The notes under the pieces are model-generated. The model saw only the letters and a list, made by a program, of their open reading frames with translations, had not been told where the DNA came from and did no database searches. A program made the position numbers and the translations under genes. From assembly GCF_018350175.1 (NCBI RefSeq), contig NC_058377.1, positions 102,052,001-102,116,000 of the forward strand: a stretch of DNA of 64,000 bases, written 5' to 3'. This document shows positions 35,471 to 47,965 of the stretch, one piece after another. The stretch comes from Felis catus (taxonomy: Eukaryota). Each line of letters starts with the position of its first letter. Position 1 is the first letter of the stretch.

Positions 35471-37598
35471 CCCATGTGTGTAGGATGGGATGGAAAGGCA
35501 GAAGAACGACCCTTTAGGTTAGATGGTGGGTGTGTCCTCCAAAAGACATTCCCAACATGTCTTTAGAGCCTTCTTCCATCATGAAATTCTTGGTTGGGAG
35601 AGTTTAATGATGGCACGAATCTGCCCAGCCCACTCCCTTCATTTATTACCCGGAAATGCAAGCAGGCAGGAGAAAGGGATGGGAGGAGGCACCCAGCCCT
35701 GCTCCTCAGTTACAGATACTGCGCCCAGGGTGGTGTTTCCCCCCACACGGGGCGGGGAGTGATGTAGTATCTTCAGCCTGAGCAAGGAAGCACAATCTCA
35801 GTAGCTTGCTGGCCTCCCCTCAGCTAGTTAGCACTTTCATCCTCAGCCTCTGGCTCAGCCCCCAGACTAACCCTTTCACTCCCTCCATGAGTTCCAGGGG
35901 ATGCCGGGTTCTCAAGTGCTCCTTGGCAAATGTATATCAGGAGTGGGGCAGTGCTCCACTCAGACCACTGGCCTACGTCCCTCACCCACACTGACCAGGG
36001 TGAAGGCTCTCTCAAATGTAAAGGGAAGCCCTGCAGGAGACACAGCCCACACCATGACCCTCACCTCACGCCTGTGGTTCCCTAACCTGCAGTATGCGGT
36101 TCCTGACCAAGCAGGTGGGCATACACTATTCCTCCCACCTAGAGCCCATCTCTCTTCGGTCACAAGTTGCTGAGGCCCCGCTTCGGCTGTGGTGTATCAT
36201 ATGAGAAGGGTATTACCTGAGTTCATGTCTACCTCCTCCCACTGAGTTAACTCCTTAAAGGCACTTAGGCCTTGCTCTCAGGCACATTCCCTGGGCCTCA
36301 GGTGATGCCTGTGCATCAGGGAATGTTTGAAGAAAGTGAGAGAGAACACAAGTGAGGGAGGGAAGGAGGGAAAGGAACAAGGAAGGGAAAGACCCTCCTG
36401 CTCCTTAACAGTGACCCTGACCAGCTCTGCCAAGAGGTCTGGGAAAATGGAGGCCGGTGGTAACCAGGAAGGGAAAACTTCTTCCATCTGTCATAACATA
36501 CAAAGGCCCACCCCTCTGAGGCCACCAGCAATTATCCCAACTTTACAGAGAGGAAGGACAGGAGCTCAGGAAGGAAAGGGAGTTGGAAGGCCACCAGTCG
36601 ATCTCAATGCCCAGAGCCAAGGGGATCCCTTTCTGCCAAGAGGACTCCTTCCTGGCCAGCAGAGATGCCAGGGCCTGGTGGCACCCTGGGCTGGGCAGCC
36701 TCCGTAGGGGGCAGGAGGGGGGACCTGGAGGTGGTCCCACTTTGAGCAGCCACCCGGGAGCCAGCCCTGCTCACTGTCCAGTCCCTACCAGGCACAGACG
36801 CTGCCTTGTTCCCCTGGGTCCAGCAGCCTGACGCCTTCTCAGCTTTCTGCCAGCCCCTGCTCTGTCCTACATCTGGGAAGACAGTGAATAAGCCTTCCTT
36901 TCTCTCCGGAGCTTGTTGCCTTCAAGGTATTTATAGACTGCTCCCGGCCCTGCTGAAGCATCCTTTCCCTCCTGTTTAAATTTAGCTCCCTTTGTCCTCT
37001 TCTCCTGACTTATCTCCTGATCCCGCCTGGGTCCCCTCTACTGCCTTTGTTCTCCCTGTGTTTGTTCCACATCTTTCATCTGCTGAGCCGAAACCATCTC
37101 ACCAAACAGTTGCTCTGAAGCCTTTATGTAACTTTCTCCAGGCTCAGACCTCTCAGCAGGTCCCCTCTCTGCCCACTTGCCACCTTCTCTTGTAAAAAAT
37201 ACAAAGCCTTCATCTTCATCGTCCCTCAATCTAGCCTGTTTACAGAAAGGGAAAATGGGCATGACCAATTTGCAAACAGAGACAGAATCCACGGTTTCCC
37301 AGTCTTGTGTGCCCAAGGCTATTTTGACTTCTAAAAGTTCCCTGTTTCAATGCCTGTACCCTGAGTCTCAACCCGGAATCACTTTCACTTGTGCACGGAG
37401 AGATATGTCAGCATCTTGCACATCTTTGTTCTCTTAGGCCCTGAAACCTTCCCTAAGACAATCTTATCTTAGTGCTGGCAAGAGCGGCTGCTATCAAAAT
37501 CCGGAGGAGGGGAACGCACTGCTTTGACTCTAATAACATTTAATAACATTTAATAGACATAATATAGGTTGAGACTAAGTGTCCCAAGTTCAGATTGT

Positions 37599-37860
37599 CC
37601 AGGGGTCTCCAATTCCAATGCCTCCAGGAATCAGGCAGGTAAAGAAACAAATGAAGCAGCCACTGGCCACAGGCAGTAGGGACCTACAGCTTGCACGCTG
37701 CATCTAAAGGAAGTTGCATGCCACGCTGCCCAGATTTTCTCATTTTTCCAGAGAAGCCAAGAATCTGGACTTTTAAACATTGGCAATTATTGAAATTTTT
37801 CAAAACACTGTATAAGAAGAATAGAAGATGGGCCACATGACATCCACAAGCCTCACTCCT
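37599..37860 (-). mobile_element. MER102-like hAT element
   Basis: ccaggggtctccaattccaatgcctccagg...agagaagccaagaatctggactttt. Confidence 0.75.
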
Positions 37861-38079
37861 CACCAACTCCCTCGCCACGGCTTACAGACCAAATGGCCCT
37901 TTCAGTTCCACTCAACATTTTTGTGGCTCTCAACACGTGTGGCTCCATGTCAACCCTTCTGCTATAACCACAGAGCTTGCCTCTAATCCAAGCTTCCTGT
38001 TTCCTCTCTGTCCTCTCTTTCTGCTTGGCAAAGTGATATTCATCTTCAAAATTGTCTTCCAGAAGGCCTTCTGTGGTGC

Positions 38080-38543
38080 ACCAGTCAGGATGAGTTAGGT
38101 TATACTGCAAAAACAAATAGCGTTACAATCGCCATAGCTTAAAATCACAAAGCTTCACTGCTCACCCGTGCTATGAGTCCTCTGTGGGTCTGCTGGGGCC
38201 ACGGCTTCAAGCCCCTCTCAGACTCAGGCTGGTGGAGTGGCCACCATCTGAAACATTGCCGTCACCATGACGGAGAAAAAATATGATGAACGACAGACTG
38301 GCTTCATTTTCTTCACTGAAGTACAGTTGACACACAATGTTACATTAGTTTCAAGTGTAGGTGCACTGGCTTTTAAATCCGTTCCCCAGAAGTAACATTC
38401 ATATCCTTTCTACTCATCCAATTTCCCAAAGTAGATGACATGGCCATATCCAGTGTCACAGAAAGTGAAAGTACATCATTTATCATTTACCTGGAAGGTG
38501 GGAAGATGGAAATATTAACAAACAGCACTTAATGACGTCCACA
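38080..38543 (-). mobile_element. MLT1I-like LTR
   Basis: cagtcaggatgagttaggttatactgc...gccaccatctgaaacattgcc...acatggccata...aacagcacttaatgacgtccaca. Confidence 0.8.
38305..38364 (-). mobile_element. Extremely 5'-truncated L1 (L1MA9/L1_Carn-like 3' end) inside MLT1I
   Basis: tgaagtacagttgacacacaatgttacattagtttcaagtgta flanked by TSD actggctt. Confidence 0.75.
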
Positions 38544-38984
38544 TTTGGCATTTCCACTTTTGGAGAGGTTTTTAAGTGCTACTCAGTGGTTCCAAGTTAA
38601 TTCGTTTATTTATTTAACGGTAATGACTGAGCAAAGTCCTGAGGTCGCGATATGGGGACAAGAGTAAGAGCTTGTCTTCTTTGCCTTCAAGAGAATGTGA
38701 CTTATTAGAGGGCATCCATAGATCTGTGTCAAACACTTGAAAACAAGGTACAACATGGGAAGCACCACAGCCAAGTGTAAACAAAATACCGAGCACAGGA
38801 AAGGCAGTAAGCATGGAGAAGTGGTATTCGAGAAAAATCCCCAGAGTGGGGGAAGGGAGGCATGAACAAGAAAGACTGTACATCCCAAGCTGAGTCCCTC
38901 CATCCCAGCACTCAGGACCACATGGCAGGTCAAAATGCTACCCAGGCACAATGTCCTCATAACTAGTCCTACATCTTGGTAACC

Positions 38985-39210
38985 CCCACCCCTCTCTAGC
39001 TGCCAAGCCTAGACTGGAACCAGTTCTTAGATTCAAACTTCAGCTCTTGTAATGACTTGCTAGATGACTTTGGGCAAGTCATTGAACCACTTGTGTCTGT
39101 TTCCTCATCTGTAAAATGGAAGTATTAATAAGACTCACAGCATTGACGTGAGAGTTGAATCCACTAATAGAAGGTTAGGTACATAACAGACATCATGGCA
39201 GTGGTAGCTG
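38985..39210 (+). mobile_element. MIR
   Basis: gactttgggcaagtcattgaaccacttgtgtctgtttcctcatctgtaaaatgga. Confidence 0.85.
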
Positions 39211-39270
39211 GCATCCCGTTCTCCTCTTGTCATTGCCTCAGTCTGGTTGTCTTCTTGTCTCTTCTTTCTT

Positions 39271-39354
39271 TTTTTGTTTTTTACATTTTTACATAAATTA
39301 ATATAATTTATTGTCAAATTGGTTTCCATACAACACCCAGTGCTCATCCCAACA
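39271..39354 (-). mobile_element. 84-bp feline L1 (L1_Fc-like) 3' terminus
   Basis: aatttattgtcaaattggtttccatacaacacccagtgctcatcccaaca; perfect 14-bp TSD gtctcttctttctt (39257-39270 and 39355-39368). Confidence 0.92.
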
Positions 39355-40219
39355 GTCTCTTCTTTCTTCAAACCCTTGGTTACAAGACTGCTTTTCATAA
39401 ACAGTGGGCTCTTAGGTATTGATTAAGATGGCTCTTGCGTGGTCCTTGGAAGAAGATTTGATCCACATAAAACATAAGGCAGAGGGAAGAGGGTCCTCTG
39501 CCCTCAAGGTAGGTCCCCCTGAGCACATCCCATGTCTGCCTCATCACCTGTGAAATTCTCATAAATCTTTTTTCATATACCCCCCTGCCCTAGTACTCTG
39601 TGAACTTCTAAACAAAGTCAATTTTTCAAAGGGACATGCCACAGAGTACAAATCTTACAAGACGGGCTCCAAAGGAAAAGGGGCTTCTGTCCTATACTGC
39701 CCATAGGAAAGTCCCTTTTGGAGAAGGGCATTTTGTTTCACTTAATCCAGCATTTTCTGGGTTGAATTTTGACCATGATAACTTTATTTTGTATCTTGTG
39801 CACATTAGGAAATAGTGTGCAGAGGCAAGAACTATTTCTTATTCATCCACTAATCCACATAAATGAGGATACTGTGAGGAGTGTAATCAGCGTGGGGAAA
39901 AAGCCAATAAATTGAACTAAACTTGTTACATAATCTCAAAGAAAATGTTTCCACCCTGGGCTTCAATTTTAAAATGAAAGAATTGGACTAGAGAGTTGAT
40001 AAGACTCTTTATATCCCCTGTTAGTAGCCAGTCTTTCATTAGATGTTTTTCCTTGCCCTCTTCCGGGTCATTATTGAGCGTCGTTATTTTATTCAAGATG
40101 AGAGCAAGAGCAAAACTGTCAAACCCCCACAGGCAGGAGGCTGGCAGGGGAAATGCTCAAAGCTAGCATTTACTGGAGGGCTTTCTGGGGGTCACAGCAC
40201 CTCATTACAACAAGCAGAA

Positions 40220-40370
40220 CAGAAATAATTCCCATTTTACTTAAAAGGCATCAAGGCATAGAGAGACTACGCTATTGCTTAAACAAGCCTATCCAAATGG
40301 CAGCGATGGGATTTGAATCCAGGTCATTTGACTCTAAACCCATCCTCTATATCATTAGGCTACACTGCCT
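40220..40370 (-). mobile_element. MIR
   Basis: ttcccattttac...gggatttgaatccaggtcatttgactctaaa. Confidence 0.75.
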
Positions 40371-40594
40371 CTAGGGGCGCATGAGGTGCAGGAGATCAGT
40401 CTAGTTCACTCTGTTTCCTGTTAAGAGAGGATAAAAAGCTCCAAAGATTTGCTTCATTTCTTCAGAGTGACTCAACACGTTGGCTAATGTGATGTTTGTC
40501 TATCCTTAGATTATGACTTTCTTTTTGGTGTCAGCTTTCAGGAAAGAGTGCAGGGAAGAGTAAAATTCCATGCATTTCTTTTTGTCAATTACCA

Positions 40595-40780
40595 TTTTAA
40601 TAATTATCTAGAGCACTTCCGGGAAGCACTCTCATATCCATTATCAGGTATGGTTTTTACACCGGCCTCCATGTTGATTTCACAACTGAGGGAACGGAAG
40701 CTCCAAGAGGTGGAGAGGCTTGCCTAAGACCCCACGCCAATAAATCATGTATCCCGGATTTGAATTTGGTCTTTGGGCCT
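40595..40780 (-). mobile_element. MIR
   Basis: tttcacaactgagggaacggaagctccaagagg...ttgcctaagacc...ggatttgaa. Confidence 0.65.
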
Positions 40781-41089
40781 CAGTGAAAAGGTCCTGAGGA
40801 GCTCTCACCATGATCCGGGGCACTTGGCTGCCAAAGTCAATACAGGTTGGGGGTGGGCCAAGTTAGTAAAGCTATAGGTGTGAGTTCAAGAGGACTTGGC
40901 ATGGAGAACCATGGGAAACCCAACATGACAATCAGAGGGGAAGGAGTGTCCCTCTCTCTTCCTTGGCTTTGGGAGGACGGGGACACTGGGGGGTTAAAGT
41001 CCTCTTCATACGCTTGCTCTTTTGCTGCTTCCTCTCTAACCTTCCTTCCACCATCTTAACCACTTCCCAAATCATGGGACTGGGACCAC

Positions 41090-41500
41090 TTTTGCGTTCA
41101 CCCACAAGCATACACCGAGACCCTTCAATATGCCAGGCCACTGCGACATGTGCTACGGGAGACTAAGATGCGATACGTACGAATCACTGGACTCCGGGGA
41201 AGGTGACTGACTTCAGGCTCAGGGCACGCAGAGGTGGCGTATTTGGTCCGAGTCTGGACGGAGCCCAGGATATGCAGGAGCCCTCTGGAAGGATGGTGTG
41301 GGCTGGAACAAAGATTGGGCCAGGAGTATTTCAGGCAGAGGGAACATGTGAAGAGATCTGGAATGCTTTCTGATTAAAACACATGAGCGTAGAGGGCAAG
41401 TGTCAGGGTTGAGGCCGGAAAGGAAAGAACAGCCAGATCTTGATGGGCCTTGAGGTCCAGCTGAACACATGGAACTTTATCTTTTGGACTGAGGGAGCAT
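41090..41500 (-). mobile_element. L2 fragment
   Basis: atgccaggccactg...tttcaggcagagggaacatgtgaaga...ggaactttatctt. Confidence 0.65.
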
Positions 41501-42249
41501 GCCCTATGAGCTAGGGTTGGTTTTCACCTATCTTTGTTGTCCTGCTCTGCTTATAAGAAGCCCTCCCAAAGACCCAGAAACTAATTCAGAAATTCTCATT
41601 GTAATTAGAAAGGAATGTGAAGACCAAAGAAGAGAGAAACAAATATCACTCACCTTGGTCACAAAGGTAACCAGAACTTAAGGCATACCATGCCATGGGG
41701 TCACCAACAGGAACAGGTAGAGGTTTCCGTTCCTTGCCTAAAGCCCGGGAGACAAGTAGAGGCAGGTCCTCAACACAGACCCTCTCCTCTCCCCTCGATG
41801 TGGCTCTGTATGAAAGGAACATGAGTGCTTTATCTTACATCCTTCCTAGTGAAGCCAGCCTCCCCATATGAAAAGCTGAGTAAACGACAGTGGTGAGCCT
41901 CTGGGACAGGACTGACCCCCTGAGCTCTCATCCTCTGCAGCCTTAGGGAGCAGCTTCTTTGAGTGTTATGCACAAACTCGGCACAGGGAGGCAGTGTGGG
42001 CCCGTGGTCAGCCTCAGCCCAGACACCTTCTAACAGGGACCAGGGACAAACACATGAGGGAAACACACCCAAATAACAAAAGTAGGAGGAAAGGGAGAGG
42101 AGTTTCTACAACAAATTTACTGAGGTTTATGTTTAACATAAGAGCTTTTCCTCTGGGAAGTACCTCTAATCTATGAATCCAGTCCTTTGAATCTTGAGAC
42201 AGAACCCTGACAAGCAGAAATCTTAGGAAAGTCCTCAGTCCTTGCTCAT

Positions 42250-42670
42250 TTCCTGGGACTGGCACTTAACCCCACGGCCACTTGGTCTGTGCCTCCTGTA
42301 CCAGTTTCTTATCCACACAGGATGCTCAAGCCAGCTTCTCTTCCCCACCCAGGCCCTTGTCTGTGTCTGTCCACCTGTTCTCTCCACCTGGAACAGCCTT
42401 TTCCGAAAGACCTCTCCTCTGTTCCATTCCTGATCTAACTCATATGTCACCAACACCATGAGGACTTTCCTGACCCGTCTCAAGCCAGAAATCACGTCGT
42501 TTCCCTCTCTTTCTCTCTGTCTCCCTCCTTCTCTCTCTCTCTCCAGTGCTTCCCAGAACACTCTCTGCCCCCCTCTGCCACTTGCCACCATCCGCCTTGC
42601 GTGGCAGTCGTTTGTATGTCTGCACAGAAAGCTGTCTTCATGTGTCCATAGCAGGCACTGACTGCATGTG
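42250..42670 (+). mobile_element. L2 fragment
   Basis: ccaggcccttgtctgtgtctgtccacctgttctctccacctggaac...gaggactttcctgacc. Confidence 0.65.
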
Positions 42671-42929
42671 GGCCTTGCTCTTAAGTTCTGTCTGAGGAAT
42701 GGCCGGGGACGTTCCTGTTTGCCGTCCAAGAGGTAAACTTAAAAACAAAACAAAACACAAAAGGCAAAGTACAGAATACTATAATGGTGCCACATCATTC
42801 ACTGAGGAGGGAAAAAATGAAATTTTGTACACATACATACAATCGCACATAAATAGAAAAGTTCCGGAAGAATAGAGGTTCTATACGGCCTATACGTCCA
42901 TGGGGTCAGGTAGCGAAGCAACGTAACAG

Positions 42930-44175
42930 GGCAGTTCCTGTTAGGAATTCCAGGAGGAAAGGAGAGAGAAAAAGGGTCCAAAAAAATATTTGTGGAAATA
43001 GTGTGCAAATTCCCCAGGGCATGTCAAAAGGAGAAGCACAAAGGTACTCACACCTAAACACATCGTACTCAAATGACCAAACACCAGAGACAGAGAAAGT
43101 CTTGAAAGCAACAGAAGTGATTTACCTCATCACTTACAAAGGAAAAACAATTTGATTAATGACGGGTTTCCCATCAGGAACAATGGAGGCCAAAAGGTAG
43201 CGGAAAGACATATTCAAGATACTAAAAGAAAAAAAAAACTGTCACCAAGCATTCTCTAATCAAATACACAGCTTTCAACATCAAAGGTGAAATAAAGACA
43301 TATCCAGAAAAATAAAAATCAAAAGAACTCATTACTAGCAGATCCTTATTATAAGAAATATTAAAAGTAGTCCTGGGAGCTGAAAAGAAAAGATAACAGA
43401 TGCTAATTAGCATCTACTACTACTAATAATAATAATTTTAAAATACAAAAAGCATGAAAAACTGTAACTATGTGGGCAAGTATAAAGGCTAGTATACATC
43501 TGTTTTTCTCTTTTCTTCTTTTAACTTCTTTAAAAGACGTAAGATTATGTAAAGCAATACTTGTGACACTGAGATGTTGGATTATACATATAAAAATGTC
43601 ATATATATGACAATAATAGCATAAAGGAGAAGTAAACGAAGTTATGTTGGAGAAAATGTTTTATATTTTACCAAAATTAAGTTAATATTAATATTGAATT
43701 AACTGCTGAGAAAATAGCTTTAAAAACATAGTTTAAAAAAAATCAACCCAAAACTACCAGTTAGGAAGCAGATTATTGACAACCAGTAAAATAGCAAAAT
43801 GCAACCATATGCTGACTATGAGATGTGTACTTAAAATACAGGCACATATTGCTTTAGAAGAGAAGGATGAAAAAGAGACATTTTTTAGTGAGAACACTAA
43901 ATATAACAAAATCTTTTGTGACTATAATAATATCAGACGAGTGGCACCTGGGTGGCTCCGTCGGTTAAGCATCTAACTGAGGCTCAGGTCATGATCTCAC
44001 TGTTCGTGGGTTCAAGCCCCACATCAGTCTCTGTGCTGACAGCTCAGAGCCTGGAGCCTGCTTTGGATTCTGTGTCTCCCTCTCTCTCTGCCCCTCCCCC
44101 GCTCACGCTCTGTCTCTCTTTCAAAAATAAACATTAACATTTTTAATAAAAAATAATATCAGATGAACTAAATCA
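42930..44175 (+). mobile_element. Ancient L1M fragment: ORF1 C-terminus, spacer and start of ORF2; interrupted by a SINE
   Basis: aggaattccaggaggaaaggagagag..aaatatttg; cacctaaacacatcgtactcaaa; gaacaatggaggccaaaagg; aaggtgaaataaagac. Confidence 0.85.
43941..44151 (+). mobile_element. Can-SINE
   Basis: 15-bp TSD aataatatcaga(c/t)ga (43926-43940 and 44152-44166). Confidence 0.96.
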
Positions 44176-44429
44176 GAGTATTACCAGTTTCCCCACGGAA
44201 TAGTAAGAGGGTTAAAGGCACTGAGACCTGTCTTCCAGCCCTGCTCAGCCTCAGATACCAGGCAAAAAACTGATAATAAGAGCTACATCATACCAAACAC
44301 CCTACATGAATTATCTCTAATTCTCACAAAGCCCTATACGATCAATATTATTATCCCCTTTTTTCCCCTGTATAACAGCATGGTACATAATAGATACACA
44401 GTTCACTATAATAACAGTAATAATTATTT

Positions 44430-45335
44430 TTATTCCTATTTTTCAAAAAATTCTTACTATGTGTAAAGCACTATCCTGGGCTCTAGGGATACAGTGATAA
44501 CGAGACTAAAGTCCCTAAGTTCATAGAGTTTATTTCTAGTGGAATAGAAAACACCGGGGTAAAACAAAATTACAATAGTTAATCAGATAGTGATAAGTAC
44601 AATGCAGAGATTTAAAGGAGAACAATATGATAGAATGATCCGATGGGTAATTCAGATTGAGGAAATAATATTTAAGCTAAAATCAAAATTATAATAAGAG
44701 ACATGAAGATCAGGAAGAATAGTAGTGTTGGTAGAGGTAATAGTACAAAGGCCCTGGGGCAGGAGCAAGCTTAGTATATTGGAGAAAATTTCACTGTGAC
44801 TGGAGATGTGGTGTAGGCATGGCATGTGATATGTGATTAGAGAGTCTAAGTGTGCAAGGCTCTGTAAACCTGAATAAGAGGTCTATGTATTATTCTACAT
44901 GATAGGAGATAATCAAAGGGTTTCATGTCAGTTAGTGATATAATGTGATGCACATTTTTAAATAACATTGTCTGTCGTCTCAGAGAGGAGAACAGAGTGC
45001 AGGGAAGCATGAACAGATGCAAGGAGATCATTTGGGACTCATTGCAGCAGTCCAGGAAAGAGGAGGGCAGGGTTGGTGAAGGGAAGTGGACAAATTTGAA
45101 TGGATTTGGAGGTAGAGCTCATTTGGTGATGGGCTGGATTAGGATGGGGGAAGGGAGGGAGAGGAATCAAGGATGAGACTCAAGTTTGGAGCTTGAACAA
45201 CTGGGTGGATGGCAGTGTTGTCTACCAAGAAGAGGAAGACGGGAATAACAGAACCACTCAGGGTAATGACAGAGAGGCAGGGTGGAGGGGTGGAATCAGA
45301 GGTCCTACTTTAGCTATGGTGCATTTGAGAGACCT
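44430..45335 (-). mobile_element. L2a
   Basis: cttactatgtgtaaagcactatcctgggctctagggatacagtg...agaggaatcaaggatgagactcaagttt. Confidence 0.85.
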
Positions 45336-45339
45336 AGCA

Positions 45340-46350
45340 GGCTTCTTTAACTATTTACATCCAGGCAACAATATAAGCATGAGCAAGACAGCGTTCCCAT
45401 CTTCCAGGAATTCACAAGCCTACTGGGGAGAAGAATGGATACATTAGAATTAAGAGAACTACAGGTGCTTTTTGGAAAAGATAGCACGAAAGCCTGGGGG
45501 AAAGAGGGATAGGACCTACCAGGGCCACAGGGCACAGACATGTGGGGAGGTCCTACGGAGTAACAAGTTCTGAGTTCAAATTGTAAGCATGGATGAACTT
45601 GAACAAGCAGACTGGAGTGTGGATAGACTGCAGCAGAGGGAAGGAACTTACATTTGAGTTTTTCTAGAAGTGAACCACGCTCAAGGAAGGCTGAGCAAAC
45701 AGGTGCTATTAGGGTTTAGTGTGTGTTAGGGGATGATGATGGAAGACCCTGGAAGAGTAAGTTGGAACTGAATCAGGAAAGATTTGGAAGGCAGACTGGA
45801 GCCATGGCTTTCTCCTGGGGCCTTGAGTGGATGGGAAGATAGAGAGACTTTTAAGCAGAAAAGTGACCTGCTTAGAGATATGCATTAAGGCCACACTGGT
45901 GACAGTGTTTGAAAAGTGGTGATGATGGATGGCAGAGATGGGGACGGGCAGGAAGAAACAGAGCAGGAAGCCAGTTCTGAGATTATCCTATAGTCTAGGT
46001 GAGGGTAAAGAAAGCCCGAAGGAAAGCATTAGGAAAGAAAATGAGGGAAAGGATGAGACCTGATGGAGTCTGAGAGATAGGGTTTGGTGATTGATTAGAT
46101 ATGGGAAAAGAAGGCCAAGATAACTGAGACTGAGCATGAGTGTCTGGGAGAATCATGGTGCCATGAACCAAGATAACGGACCTGCAAGAGAAACAGGATG
46201 AGGAGAAAATGGGGAGTGAGGGAGATGGTGAGTGATTTTGATCAGGTTTAGTTGGATGTGCCAATGTGACATTGGTTTCCAGGTAGAAATGATCAGTCGG
46301 CAGGTGGACATTTGGGCCCATGCTCAGGAGATGGGTCTAACCTCAAAGTC
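45340..46350 (-). mobile_element. L2 (older subfamily)
   Basis: gactttaagcagaaaagtgacctg-like segment; gaatcatggtgccatgaaccaagata; ggcaggtggacatttgg. Confidence 0.7.
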
Positions 46351-46374
46351 AATATTTGGATGTTTATGGCAACA

Positions 46375-46600
46375 GTGATAATGGTGACTGATGTATCAGG
46401 AGCTGAGTTAAATCCTTTACATAACTATTCCGTTTCCTCCCCTATAACAGCCCCATAAGGTGAGTACTATTATTATTCCCATTTTACAAATGAGGATGTT
46501 AGAAGTTCAGGGAAGTTAAGCCCCTTGCTGAAAGTCACACACAAATTAAATGTTAAGGTCAAGACTTGAGCTCAAGTACCTGGGTGCTTCCCTGCATGGT
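46375..46600 (-). mobile_element. MIR
   Basis: tattattcccattttacaaatgagga...ggaagttaag..cttgctgaaagtcacaca. Confidence 0.85.
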
Positions 46601-46759
46601 AAAATCAGGGGTGCAAGGGGGTCGGGGGTCTCACAGGTGCCCCTCATCCATTCTGCTCGAATGCCCATGGACCTTAGGAATCCCTGAATCTCCCTCTCCA
46701 AGCTCACGGATGACACCGAAGCCCAGAGAAGAGGGATGGATTTCCCCAAGGTCACGATG

Positions 46760-47226
46760 ACCTTCCTGTAGCCTTACTCCTTATACTTGATATAAAGTCT
46801 AGACTCCAAGTTCTACACACTTGGCCTCTCCACCTCTCCAGTCTCACAAGACAAACACACTCCCATCTCAGGGCCTTTGTGGCTGCTCTTCCGCCTGCCT
46901 ACAGGGCTCTCTTTCAATGTTCTCATGGCTTGTCCTTCTTATCGTTAGGTCCCAGCTCCCATGTCACCTCCTCACAAACACCTGCTCTGACCAGCCAACC
47001 CAGTACAACCACCTCAGGTCCACTCCCTGTACCCTGACATAATTCAATTTTCTTCATGACAGTTAGGGCTATCTAACTGTCTGTTTGAATGTCAGTATTC
47101 ATTTTTTACCCATCAGAATGCACAACAATCTTTTCTGTGTCCCCAGAATGTGGACCAGAATTTAGTGCTGGTGAGAATTTAACACTTAGTGAGTGCTAAG
47201 TGAAGGAAGTGAGAGGGAAGGAAGGA
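46760..47226 (+). mobile_element. L2 3' end
   Basis: catctcagggcctttgtggctgctcttccgcctgcct...tcccagctcccatgtcacctcctca. Confidence 0.75.
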
Positions 47227-47443
47227 NNNNNNNNNNNNNNNNNNNNNNNNNNNNNNNNNNNNNNNNNNNNNNNNNNNNNNNNNNNNNNNNNNNNNNNNNN
47301 NNNNNNNNNNNNNNNNNNNNNNNNNNNNNNNNNNNNNNNNNNNNNNNNNNNNNNNNNNNNNNNNNNNNNNNNNNNNNNNNNNNNNNNNNNNNNNNNNNNN
47401 NNNNNNNNNNNNNNNNNNNNNNNNNNNNNNNNNNNNNNNNNNN
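47227..47443. other. Assembly gap (217 N)
   Basis: N run. Confidence 1.
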
Positions 47444-47699
47444 GGGAACTCTCCCAAGGATAGAGGGGGCAAAAGACAGTTTATCCAATGCCTTTACTAA
47501 TGAAGGATCCAGCCAGGCCTTCTTGGAGCCCCGCCTCCTCTACTGTGATATCTCTACCCCACTGGCTAAAGAGAGAGTCCTGAACTGGGAAAAGCCAGGG
47601 CTGGGCTGGAGAATGAAGAGAAAGACATCATGCAGGATTCCCTGCAGACCGGCCATCTGGATCAGAGCTGCACTAGTGCAGGTCTCCCTCTGCGTGTGT

Positions 47700-47965
47700 C
47701 TCCTCCACCCCACTCTGGCCTCTTATCTCCTCCTCCTCCCTTTAATGCATGCCCCCATTCCCCATGGGCCACCTTCACCCTGCTTCTTATCTGCTCACCC
47801 CCCCATCGTGGGCTCCCAGGCGATGTCCCCCTTTCATCTCCCCATCTCCTTATCTCACTCTTGCCCCCCCAGCCTGCTCACATCTGCTTCCTTTGGGCCC
47901 CCCCTGGCCCCTTATCAAATGTCCCTCTCTCCATCACTGCCCCCTTATCTGCTCATCCCTCGCCC
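47700..47965 (-). promoter_or_regulatory. Pyrimidine-rich degenerate repeat with five WGATAAG sites
   Basis: cttatc(t/a) at 47722, 47786, 47849, 47911 and 47944. Confidence 0.45.

Noticed and set aside
40367-40380. CTCF-like cctctaggggcgc
   Set aside because: One base short in the G-run of the core and located at a MIR edge.
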